Positions 28,366 through 37,935 of a stretch of 64,000 nt of DNA are shown piece after piece. Under the pieces are notes generated by a model, which had not been told where the DNA came from, searched no databases, and saw nothing but the letters and a program-made list of their open reading frames with translations. Location of the stretch: the IMG/VR virus record IMGVR_UViG_3300025881_000006, positions 1-64,000 of that record. One strand, 5' to 3'. A program made the position numbers and the translations under genes. This DNA comes from a virus. Each line of letters opens with the position of its first letter. Positions within the stretch are counted from its first letter, which is position 1.

Positions 28366-30234
28366 TTAACTTCGACCCGTACTTCTATAAGCGGCTGATA
28401 ATACCCTACCTGGTAAACTAGCAGCAGCTTGCTGTGCGTAGAATGCAGGGGACGTGTACTTCTCAAACTCCTGTGCAGCTGTTACCCAATTACGTTTTAA
28501 CTTTTGAATAGGGTAAAACTGTTCAGCTAATCCTAAAGAACCTAATACTGCCATATAGTCAGTAAAGGCTGAATCATCATCAAAGATGCCCGTACTAGTA
28601 GATAAAGGCATGTGCATCACACTAGATAAATCTTTAACAGAGAACGTTACGTCAATGCCCAGTGGTAATGTATCTACTGACCAACCTATATTTCCCGCGC
28701 CACGAGTAATACTAATTGAATCAATAATCCCCAATCTAGTTTGGTTTCTACCTTTAGAGAATAACTCTAAGATAAACGGTGAGGTATAAGATTGCTTACC
28801 TGCCGACCTTGGTAGTGCCCCTGCCAATAACATAGCAAGTGGAACGTACAGGTTAGTAAATATACTCATCTTATTACCATACGGTGCCCGTAGCTCTAAG
28901 GTATAACTTGCACTAGGTAAGTCAGCTGTAGACGACTGCCAATGTTCAGGTATATCTACAAATGCAGAACCACCCAAAGCAGCAATACCACTTAGACCTA
29001 CTCCATCTGCAACACCTGCAACTACATCTTTAGCTCCACCGATTAATCCCTCTATAGCACTAGCAACAATACCTTCACCTAGATTACCATCTAATGTTGA
29101 GAATCTAGCAGAGGCAGCAGAGGATGACATTCCATTTATCTTACTTTGAATATCACTCTCACCGGTGCTGTTATTAAACGATTCACTCACAGTACGTTCA
29201 GGTAGTACTTTCAAAGTTATCCACTGACTACCGTCTGATAACTCACTAGATAAGTGGTCGAAGAATCCTGATTCCCAAGCACCGATAGGGTCATTCTTCT
29301 CTTTATCCCCGTCTGCACCAGTAGCCATAGTGGTAGCATGATATCTAGTCATGTACTCTTTTATAGTAGGCTTAGGGTCAGTGAAGTCAATATTATCTTC
29401 CGATAAAGAACGAGCAGCTTCTTTAAACGCTTCAGGTGTTGTAGCGTTGGATAGGGCATTTTGTTGTAACACCATCTGCCTACTACGAATCCGTTGGGCA
29501 CGGTTAGCAACTGCATAAATATCGATCCCACCATCAGAGCGAAAGATGTCAGGTAATAATTTGTTATATGCCTCTATGTCAGTAGCTGTTAAAGACTCAT
29601 CGTAATTTGGCACAGCCTTACCGTCTTTAACACTATAGCCCTGTATGTCAGAGGCGGCTATTAGACCCATGTTTACAGCGATAGTATTTACCATCGTGTT
29701 AACAGCATTCCAATATAACGGCATAGTGGGTTTCAAGTAATAGTATTTACTATACGGCTTCTCTAATAAAAACCTTAATGCTCTACCTGCAACTACAAAA
29801 GGAATCAATGGAGCAGTAAAGATAAATCCCGCTACCAATCCGATGTTGTAAAGTATACCAGTAGATTCACCAGTACGTGCTAACCTTCCTGAATCGGGGT
29901 CATAAAAGTTAGTAAAGAATTGTGTTAACGAGTTGTACTCTGGCACACCGAATCGCATATGTACTTCCACTGCGTTATCATCGATGGCTTCTGAATAATA
30001 TCTACCCATTCCCTTAGATAGAGAATGTGGTGAGTTCACTTTTAAATCTGCATGACGTGTGAACTGAGGTGAAGAGTTTATGGCGTAATTACCTCCTAAT
30101 GTAGTATCCGTGTATTTAGTTGAGGCAGTGGTATAGTTACGACGTCTGTCATCTACAGAATCGATATCACTTGCTCTTAACATAAATGCTTGACGCAACC
30201 ACAAGGTATTGTCTAAATTGTCAGTAACGGCCAT
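28366..30234 (-). CDS. baseplate/tail virion protein (phiKZ gp182-like)
   Basis: AGGAG RBS favours ATG at 30234. DTTLGGN.AIN..PQFTR.AD, GMGRYYSEAIDDN, RFGVPEYNSL; directly downstream of the gp181-like gene. Confidence 0.75.
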   Translation of the reverse strand: MAVTDNLDNTLWLRQAFMLRASDIDSVDDRRRNYTTASTKYTDTTLGGNYAINSSPQFTRHADLKVNSPHSLSKGMGRYYSEAIDDNAVEVHMRFGVPEYNSLTQFFTNFYDPDSGRLARTGESTGILYNIGLVAGFIFTAPLIPFVVAGRALRFLLEKPYSKYYYLKPTMPLYWNAVNTMVNTIAVNMGLIAASDIQGYSVKDGKAVPNYDESLTATDIEAYNKLLPDIFRSDGGIDIYAVANRAQRIRSRQMVLQQNALSNATTPEAFKEAARSLSEDNIDFTDPKPTIKEYMTRYHATTMATGADGDKEKNDPIGAWESGFFDHLSSELSDGSQWITLKVLPERTVSESFNNSTGESDIQSKINGMSSSAASARFSTLDGNLGEGIVASAIEGLIGGAKDVVAGVADGVGLSGIAALGGSAFVDIPEHWQSSTADLPSASYTLELRAPYGNKMSIFTNLYVPLAMLLAGALPRSAGKQSYTSPFILELFSKGRNQTRLGIIDSISITRGAGNIGWSVDTLPLGIDVTFSVKDLSSVMHMPLSTSTGIFDDDSAFTDYMAVLGSLGLAEQFYPIQKLKRNWVTAAQEFEKYTSPAFYAQQAAASLPGRVLSAAYRSTGRS

Positions 30235-30297
30235 GGTTACACTCCTAAGTTTGTCGGTACACAAAATAAGGCTGGGAGCGTTAGCCCCCAGCACGTA

Positions 30298-33200
30298 TTA
30301 TGCACGTTTCTTCATATCAACCACGGGACTGGCCGGAGCCTTTCCTTGGTTAGAGGTACGTTTAAGTTGCTGTCTAAACCCTTCTAACTTGGCAGTAACT
30401 GCCTTAGGCTTTTCTTGCTCCTTTGTCGTACTCATTGACTTTAATGCATCTTCAGCTAACAGACCACGGATATCTTTCAATGTGCTATCCATAGACCTTT
30501 GTGTACCTAGACTTTCCCTAAGTATGGCATTAACCTCCTTGAGTTGTTCATTAGATACACTATCCATATATTGTTGCTGTTGAGTAATTAAAGCAGCGCT
30601 CTCTACATTACGACGACGTGTCTCATCAATTGCTTTATCCGTACTAGCTATCGGGTCTACCGAGGTAGGTAATGATGCTTGGTACTTCTGTTTCAATCTA
30701 AAGTTTGCATCGTCTATAGAGAAGTCAGCGGGCTTACGTACTATAGATTCCTTATCAGGATTGTAAGCTTCACGCGTTACCATATCAACTACATTACTAG
30801 CAGTACCAGCTGTAGCCAACCCTGCCAACATCAACTTACGCTTGTCTCCAATACGAGCATCGTTACTAGCATACTTATCGTACTGTGAAACACCCGTAGG
30901 AGGTGGAGTGGTTGGTAACTTAGGTTTAGCTTTCATGGTAGATACAGCACTTGCTGCACCGGTAGCTGTGACTATTGCTTTAGCAGTTCCTTTGGGTTTA
31001 TCACTATCCTTAGCATCAACAGCACCTACCGCCTGATTCAACGCTGACATTACCGATTCAGAGTTTACATTCTCCCCTAGGAATGGAGATACGTTACCGA
31101 TAGCTTTACTACTTTTCAGTAATTCAACTGCCTTTTGTACGTACTTCTGTTTTAGAGGGTCATCCAACTCATCATCAACATCTGTTAAATCAGCATCTTC
31201 ATCTGCTTTACGCAATAAGGTTGCATGGGTTAATAGGGTTGGTTTAAATACAGTTTCATACCAACGAATGAAGTTCTCCATTGAAGCACGGTCATTAGGG
31301 TTAACTTGGAAGTTTTCCCCATGCTCCTCAATGATATCGTTTAAGTCTATCCTTGATAACGATGCTTTACCGTCATTGTCAAAGTTCACTTCATCCATCA
31401 TGTCAGATTCTAAACGTCTTACTGCACGTAAATGGTCTGACGATTCTGTATTTATACCGTACTGGGAAAAGCGTACTTTCTCTAGCGGTTCAGTGTCTCC
31501 ACCGTCTGCTAAATACTTCGCACCTTTATACCCGTAATAAGCCGCAGTGGCTGCAAGTCCTACTGGACCTAAAGCTGCACGACCTAACATTAAGGCACCT
31601 TTCCCTAAGGTAGCTAGTAGACCACCGCCTCCTAATGAAGCTAATAATCCACCACCTGCGGTAGCCGCCCCGGCAGTAGCAGTAGTTGCACCAGCCGCTG
31701 CTGCGGTAGCACCACCCATACCTAACATACCAGCTGCACCTAATTTCAATGCAGTACCAGCACCCTTCACCTTATCAATCCCTGCTCCAATTAAGTTCTT
31801 AGCACCAGAGAATAGTCGACCAAACTTACCTCTAGGTCGTGAGGCCCTTGCTGCTTTCTTAGCAGCTCTCTTAGCTTTACGTTCTTCCTTGTTACCCAAT
31901 CGGTCTTGGATTGCATCAGCGCCCAACTCACCTGCTACTTCAGAACCCATATCGCCTAGTAGACTACCATCATCCCCTTCTGAATCTCCAGAAGAGAAAG
32001 GATTCCATCCACTTACTTTCTTACCAAAGGCCCCTAACAGACCAGTGACAGAACCAATAAGTGCAGAACCAGGACCTGATATAGCTGCCATCGCTCCTTG
32101 TTTGGTAGCTTCAGCTTTCTCTTTAGCTTTTTGACGTAGGTCTTGGAAACTACCATCCCTTACTCCATCCCCATCGGTATCGGCTTTGGTCTTTTCAACC
32201 TTAGCCATCCTGTCATCAATCAATGTAACAAGTTTATCAATACCATCTGATACCTTAGCTTGTCCTTGAGCTGATACGTCTTTTAAATTAGTAATACTGT
32301 CTGTGAATAAAATAGACGTTCGTTTATGAGCATCTGTAATCTTATCTACTGCTGTATCTTTAAAAGCGGGCATTGAGTCTTGGGTACGCTGTTTAAACAT
32401 GGATAGTTTTTCAACACCCATATCTACCGCACCGATTGCCTTATCTTTAACCTCAGGTAATCTATCCTTGACGCGGTCAGAGAGCTGGTCGAACTTATCA
32501 GTAGCCCTCTTAGCAATAACTTTAGTTTCATCAACCTTAGTCGTTACAAAGTCAGAGTCCATAACATCCTTTAGACTGTTAGGTAATGCTTTAAACTTTT
32601 CAGTTGTAAAACCACCTACTGGAGGAACTATCGGACTATCAGGGCCACCGGTATCAGAGGAACTAGAATCATCCCCAAATTGATAAGGGCCGAATATCTT
32701 AGCAAGGTCTGCATTGATGATAACTTCTTTAGCATACTTGGCTTTACCAAATTTACCATCGACACTATCACCTCCAAAAGAAGGCATTACACCTTGGAGT
32801 AAACCTGTTAGTCTACCGAAGATACTTTTAACTTCATTACCTTCTTCATCCGTACCACCTACCAATAGATTCTTATAACCTACCGCAAGCTTCTTCCCTA
32901 AGTTTAATCCTTTTCCCAGTACGCTTTTACCAAAGCCTAATACGTTATCTAGTATCGATTTAAACTCCAACTTACGACCAAAGACATCTACTAAGCCTTT
33001 CTTCATATCCGCAAGACTAAGGACTACTTCACCCTTAGAGTTTAATACATCACCGTCGATATCATCAAACGAGGAAATCACCTTACCTGTTTTAGCAGAG
33101 ATGTATTCGCCACGTTCCATCAATATCTTAAGTAGACGAGGACCTGCTTCACCACGAACGTACACGTCTTTTAGTTTACTGCCTCTATCGGTGATAAAGT

Positions 33201-36090
33201 CAATACCTTTACTTGCAACGTTCTTGGCAAACTTCAACCCTCCACCAATACCTCCGTAGTATGCTTGAAGGAATTTTAAAGGAGCAGACATCAGTCCCTT
33301 TAATCCATTAAGTACAACAGACTCACCTTTGGCACCACGTAGTCCTTTCAATGCATCTTCAGCACTTAACACTATTTGACCAGTATCAATATCCTTTACT
33401 GCACCTTTGATATCATCGAGAGATTTAATTACTTCACCCGTGACAGCGTCTACGTACTTACCCGCTTTTAACTTAGCCCCATAAAGACTAGGTAGTTGTA
33501 ATCCTTTAACATACAGGTCACCAGTGATGTCCTTAGCTTTACCCTTGAGCATGTCAAAAGCACCACCGGCTACATTCTTAGCAGTTTTAAGAGCACCTCC
33601 TCCCATGGAGAATACACCTTTATAGTAACTACCTAATGCACCCAGACCACCTTTAGCAATACCCTTAGCACGACCAAAAGACTTACCTAGAATGCCCGGT
33701 CCTTTATTAGCACTTACACCAGAACCATCACCCATTGCCATACCAGACGCTATACCTAGTAGTAACGCTTTAATTTCAGATAGCGTTTCATCACTACTAC
33801 CTGAACGTTGCTGTATTTCTTCTAGATACGGAATGTATGCTTCTGGTATAGACTCCATGGTTTCTTCGTCGACATCACGATTAGCCCACGTGTCTAGTCT
33901 AGCTATCATGCTAGTGGTTAGGTTATTACCTAACTCTAACGTGGTGTAGATAGATTGCAATATACTATCTGGTAATTCTGCATCTGTTGATTTAGAGATA
34001 GTGTTAGCAATGTTAGTAATACTACGCTGTAACTTCTCAGGAGGTAATGAGTCGTCAACGGTCACATTTACCATTGGTTCTGTGGTATCAGATTTAATAT
34101 CCTTACCCGCTATGACACTTTCCAAGTCTTGTGAAATAGTATCCCAGATGAAATCAGAATTAACCTCATCACGGATTCCATCTTTACCCTTACGGATAAT
34201 GCCTGCCTCACGTAACTGGTCTTTGTTAGCAGTAGCTACAAAACTATTAAGCGTATTCTGTACGTTTGGTAAGTCACCGGCCAATCGCTTAACAGCCGTA
34301 TTATCTTCTACCACACGTTTAGATATATCAGACCCTTTACCCACTTTACCACTTTCATCTATCTGGTAACGATTAGTAATGAGCTTTCTAATCTCATCTA
34401 TCTCGTTACTGTCATCCACTTCAGTGTAAGTAGAATAATCGGCATAACGCTCAGGAAAGAACCCTCTGCCATCGTTAAGGTCTTTTAGTATTTGCACACC
34501 AAACGACTTACGGGCTTCAGGAGATAACTGTCCTTCACTATCTAATCTATCCAATACATCCTTTGTTCTAACTGCAAGTCCTTCTCTAGACGATTCAGGT
34601 CTAACCGCTTCACGAACATCATTCGCTACTTTACCCATACGTTCAAACGATTCTGATTGAGTAGAGAAAGTTAATCTATCCGTAGTAGCATCACCGGTAT
34701 TGTTAATCTCTAGTTGCTGTAACATTCTAGACAGATAACCTGGAATGATTTCAACAATAGAACGGCGAGTCATGAGATCAAACGGAACGGCTAATAATGC
34801 ATCTTCTTGTAGATTTTGCAATACAGAACCTTCATCCTCACGGACAGTACCTACTAGGTCACGTAACGTATCGGTAAACCTACCCAACATTCCATAGTCG
34901 TCAGAACGTCCTTTACCAAACTCGTTGATAATTTCATTTTTGTTATTCAGTGCAAATTGCAGTTTGTTATTTAGGTCTTTAACGCGTTCGTTATCACCTA
35001 ACATCTTCCCGCCCACTTTAGATACCTTAGCACCTAATCGTGAAGCAATGTTACCACCAACAAATCCACCGATGCGCTGGCCAGTGGTTTTCTTCTCACC
35101 GGTCATCTCTTCCATTTCAGCCATCATATTGACAGCGTCTATTGCACCTGCACCTTGGGATAAACCTTCAGAGAAGTTACCTGCTACTTCTTTTGCCTTG
35201 TTCTTAATATTGTCAATGACTCTACCCTGAACACCGGCCATCTTACCTTGTATAAAGTCAGCGCCTTTGCCAGCTAATCTATTTCTCATCTCTTGAGTAT
35301 AACTTTCAGATAAGAGTATCTTAGCTTCGTCCGGTAGTGCAGTATTCTTAGCAACGGCTTGTAACTGACTGACTAAATCAACAAAACCTGCCTTTGAAAC
35401 ATCCAGTAAATCCCTAGCAGTAATGTACTGACGCTGATTGATCATCAACATTCGCTGCTGATACTGTGAGGTAATACTATCTTGATAGGATACTAAACGA
35501 CCAATACCCTGTTGTAATAACTGGGCCTGTTGCATGGTGGATGTATGGCGGGCTTGTTCTTTACCAGACTCAATAGTATCTTGAAGTAGTGTACGGCCAG
35601 TTTGACTATCTTGATATTCTGCTTGGGCCTGCATAAACCCTTGCATGGAAAGGGCGACTTCAGATTCCTGCATCTGTTCTCTAGTAGGACCACGGTCTAC
35701 TTCAGTTACCTTTAATTTCTCTTCTAATTTATCAGCAAGAGATTCCGGTAAGAATCTACGCATTCTTGGTAATTGAGTACGTGCTGCATTTTTAAATTCA
35801 TTTAAACCGGGACGGATTGCATCCTTAACGTCATCTACTGTGGAAGATATCTCACGGCTTAACGTATCGGCGGCATCGAGTGTACCTTTATATCCCTTTG
35901 GTAAGGAATCTTTAAGTACGTTGCCTATAAATCCTGTGTCAGTAACTCTTTCTTTAAAACCCTCCAATGCGGAGGTCGTAACAACGGAGACTGCTTTACG
36001 ATCTTCTTTAGGGCGAGTAACTCCCGCCTCAAGACCGTCAAAGTCATATCCACCGTCATCTAAATCGTCGAAATTGATATCATCAGACAT
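30298..36090 (-). CDS. large tail/tape-measure-like protein (phiKZ gp181-like)
   Basis: 1930 aa; SIVEIIPGYLSR, DxYVxG repeats, DTDGDGVRDGS, Gly/Ala hydrophobic stretch, RFSQYG; divergent from the gp180-like gene. Confidence 0.8.
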   Translation of the reverse strand: MSDDINFDDLDDGGYDFDGLEAGVTRPKEDRKAVSVVTTSALEGFKERVTDTGFIGNVLKDSLPKGYKGTLDAADTLSREISSTVDDVKDAIRPGLNEFKNAARTQLPRMRRFLPESLADKLEEKLKVTEVDRGPTREQMQESEVALSMQGFMQAQAEYQDSQTGRTLLQDTIESGKEQARHTSTMQQAQLLQQGIGRLVSYQDSITSQYQQRMLMINQRQYITARDLLDVSKAGFVDLVSQLQAVAKNTALPDEAKILLSESYTQEMRNRLAGKGADFIQGKMAGVQGRVIDNIKNKAKEVAGNFSEGLSQGAGAIDAVNMMAEMEEMTGEKKTTGQRIGGFVGGNIASRLGAKVSKVGGKMLGDNERVKDLNNKLQFALNNKNEIINEFGKGRSDDYGMLGRFTDTLRDLVGTVREDEGSVLQNLQEDALLAVPFDLMTRRSIVEIIPGYLSRMLQQLEINNTGDATTDRLTFSTQSESFERMGKVANDVREAVRPESSREGLAVRTKDVLDRLDSEGQLSPEARKSFGVQILKDLNDGRGFFPERYADYSTYTEVDDSNEIDEIRKLITNRYQIDESGKVGKGSDISKRVVEDNTAVKRLAGDLPNVQNTLNSFVATANKDQLREAGIIRKGKDGIRDEVNSDFIWDTISQDLESVIAGKDIKSDTTEPMVNVTVDDSLPPEKLQRSITNIANTISKSTDAELPDSILQSIYTTLELGNNLTTSMIARLDTWANRDVDEETMESIPEAYIPYLEEIQQRSGSSDETLSEIKALLLGIASGMAMGDGSGVSANKGPGILGKSFGRAKGIAKGGLGALGSYYKGVFSMGGGALKTAKNVAGGAFDMLKGKAKDITGDLYVKGLQLPSLYGAKLKAGKYVDAVTGEVIKSLDDIKGAVKDIDTGQIVLSAEDALKGLRGAKGESVVLNGLKGLMSAPLKFLQAYYGGIGGGLKFAKNVASKGIDFITDRGSKLKDVYVRGEAGPRLLKILMERGEYISAKTGKVISSFDDIDGDVLNSKGEVVLSLADMKKGLVDVFGRKLEFKSILDNVLGFGKSVLGKGLNLGKKLAVGYKNLLVGGTDEEGNEVKSIFGRLTGLLQGVMPSFGGDSVDGKFGKAKYAKEVIINADLAKIFGPYQFGDDSSSSDTGGPDSPIVPPVGGFTTEKFKALPNSLKDVMDSDFVTTKVDETKVIAKRATDKFDQLSDRVKDRLPEVKDKAIGAVDMGVEKLSMFKQRTQDSMPAFKDTAVDKITDAHKRTSILFTDSITNLKDVSAQGQAKVSDGIDKLVTLIDDRMAKVEKTKADTDGDGVRDGSFQDLRQKAKEKAEATKQGAMAAISGPGSALIGSVTGLLGAFGKKVSGWNPFSSGDSEGDDGSLLGDMGSEVAGELGADAIQDRLGNKEERKAKRAAKKAARASRPRGKFGRLFSGAKNLIGAGIDKVKGAGTALKLGAAGMLGMGGATAAAAGATTATAGAATAGGGLLASLGGGGLLATLGKGALMLGRAALGPVGLAATAAYYGYKGAKYLADGGDTEPLEKVRFSQYGINTESSDHLRAVRRLESDMMDEVNFDNDGKASLSRIDLNDIIEEHGENFQVNPNDRASMENFIRWYETVFKPTLLTHATLLRKADEDADLTDVDDELDDPLKQKYVQKAVELLKSSKAIGNVSPFLGENVNSESVMSALNQAVGAVDAKDSDKPKGTAKAIVTATGAASAVSTMKAKPKLPTTPPPTGVSQYDKYASNDARIGDKRKLMLAGLATAGTASNVVDMVTREAYNPDKESIVRKPADFSIDDANFRLKQKYQASLPTSVDPIASTDKAIDETRRRNVESAALITQQQQYMDSVSNEQLKEVNAILRESLGTQRSMDSTLKDIRGLLAEDALKSMSTTKEQEKPKAVTAKLEGFRQQLKRTSNQGKAPASPVVDMKKRA

Positions 36091-36154
36091 ATTTAAGATA
36101 CCTTATTTATTACCTATGCGTCATACTTTGAGTGACCTATAGCAAACAAACCAT

Positions 36155-37828
36155 ATGGGAACGACTATTATGAGCTTGCCTAAATTACCCTTTAATATCA
36201 CTTTATTATCTAATAGTAAGATAAAGGCGGGACTACGCGAAATCACTACCTTGGATATATACGATGGACAAACAACTAACTTCCATCCTGAAGGTTTATT
36301 CTCTACTCAGATTTTCGGTCGGGTAGGAGAAGAGATTAGAGACAGAAACTTCGCTTTCATTGATTTAAAAGTATCTGTCATGCATCCCACTCTTTACAAA
36401 ACACTTACTAGAATGCGAGCCTTATATCAAGGTATTATGTCTGGTAAAGTGTATGCTGTTTTTGATCCTGAACAAAAAGACTTTGTCAGTTCAGATGAGC
36501 AAAGTGGTAGAACCGGTTATGCTTTCTTTATGCGTCATTATAAGGACATTGAATTTAGCCGTAATAATAGTAAGAAGCGCGACCTTTCTATTGACCTACT
36601 GACTAAACATCAAAACGATGCTATGGTCAGAAGAATGATTGTTATCCCAGCTGGCATTCGTGATATCATTATTGAAGAAAACGGTAGCGTTAAAGAAGAT
36701 GAGATTAACGCCTTGTATCGTCGTGCTATTTCTATTGCCCGTACAGTAGATGTTACTGATGGTAATATTAATAACGAGATACATGACAGTGTTAGATACA
36801 ACATGCAGTTAACCTTTAATGCCGTCTACGAGACACTGCGTAATATACTAGAAGGTAAGAAGGGATTCATTCAAGGTAAGTGGGGTAGTCGTAAAATACT
36901 CAACGGTACACGTAATGTTATCTCTGCTATGGATGTATCGTCTGCTAATGCTAATGATTTATCCATGCCTACTGTGAATGACACCATGACTGGATTATAT
37001 CAATCCATGAAAGGTTGCTTACCTGTTACTATCTATTGCGTTAAACGTTCTATCGTTTCTGATATCTTTTCAGTAGACAGTAGAAGTATTCCTTTGGTTA
37101 ATAAGAAGACCTTACAATTAGAACACGTCGACGTTAATAGCGATACGGTTGACCTATGGACATCCTCTGAGGGTATTGAGAAATTAATATCAGGATATGT
37201 GGATATAGACAAGCGACATGAACCTATTGAAATAGCCGGACATTACCTAGGTCTTATCTACGACGATGGTGAAACCTTCAAAGTCTTTAACGACATGAGT
37301 CAGTTCCCTAGTGGTGCAGGTAAGGACAAACCTATTGCTGAGGGAGAAGACCATACGTTAGACCCTAAGTATGTAAGACCATTGACGTGGTGTGAGTTCT
37401 TCTATACAGCCTGTTACGAACGTTTCAGTACGGTGAAGGTAGTAGTGACTCGTTATCCTGTTACTGGATTAGGTTCTACGTATCCTAGTAATCTTTATCT
37501 AAGAACCACCGTAAAGGGATTTAATAGGGTACCTTTAGATGAGAACTGGTTACCGGATGATACTAGACTCCCTGCCACGCAGATGCCTGATACAATAAAC
37601 AAGGGTAGTCATGTAGATACGGGTCAAGTTCACTCTTCTAGATTACAAGGTTTAGGTGGAGACTTTGATGGTGACACTGTGTCATTTAACTTTGTCTATA
37701 CTCAAGAATCTGTTGCAGCGGTAGATAAGTACTTTGATAGTAAAGAAGCTTACTTAGACCCAAGGGGTGGTTTACAACATGCCTCTAGTGATTTAATTGA
37801 ATGGACTGTACGTAACATGACAGCATAA
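36155..37828 (+). CDS. rpoC: virion RNA polymerase beta'-like subunit (phiKZ gp180-like)
   Basis: Catalytic GGDFDGD, GLFSTQIFG, GKKGFIQGKW..R, TRYPV. Confidence 0.93.
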   Translation: MGTTIMSLPKLPFNITLLSNSKIKAGLREITTLDIYDGQTTNFHPEGLFSTQIFGRVGEEIRDRNFAFIDLKVSVMHPTLYKTLTRMRALYQGIMSGKVYAVFDPEQKDFVSSDEQSGRTGYAFFMRHYKDIEFSRNNSKKRDLSIDLLTKHQNDAMVRRMIVIPAGIRDIIIEENGSVKEDEINALYRRAISIARTVDVTDGNINNEIHDSVRYNMQLTFNAVYETLRNILEGKKGFIQGKWGSRKILNGTRNVISAMDVSSANANDLSMPTVNDTMTGLYQSMKGCLPVTIYCVKRSIVSDIFSVDSRSIPLVNKKTLQLEHVDVNSDTVDLWTSSEGIEKLISGYVDIDKRHEPIEIAGHYLGLIYDDGETFKVFNDMSQFPSGAGKDKPIAEGEDHTLDPKYVRPLTWCEFFYTACYERFSTVKVVVTRYPVTGLGSTYPSNLYLRTTVKGFNRVPLDENWLPDDTRLPATQMPDTINKGSHVDTGQVHSSRLQGLGGDFDGDTVSFNFVYTQESVAAVDKYFDSKEAYLDPRGGLQHASSDLIEWTVRNMTA

Positions 37829-37832
37829 ACAG

Positions 37833-37862
37833 CGGCAGGGATTACCCTGCCGACTATGCCGT
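37833..37862 (+). terminator. hairpin + TATGCCG
   Basis: cggcaggg-atta-ccctgccg, TATGCCG at 37855-37861. Confidence 0.75.
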
Positions 37863-37873
37863 ATTGGTGACTA

Positions 37874-37900
37874 TTTCAGACATATATTACCTTGGTGAAT
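37874..37900 (+). promoter_or_regulatory. early promoter (TATATTAC)
   Basis: Exact phiKZ early consensus TATATTAC; 18 bp identical to 40872-40889. Confidence 0.75.
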
Positions 37901-37935
37901 ATAACTACTAACCCATTACAACGAGGGGATTTATT

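Noticed and set aside
32150-32190. DTDGDG in gp181 resembling the RNAP DxDGD motif
   Set aside because: No RNAP context; more like a Ca-binding loop. The true catalytic DFDGD is in 36155..37828.
31268-36142. Many plus-strand ORFs (e.g. 31547..32134, 195 aa) antisense to gp181
   Set aside because: Shadow frames from Gly/Ala-rich codons on the coding strand; no RBS; fully inside a conserved gene.
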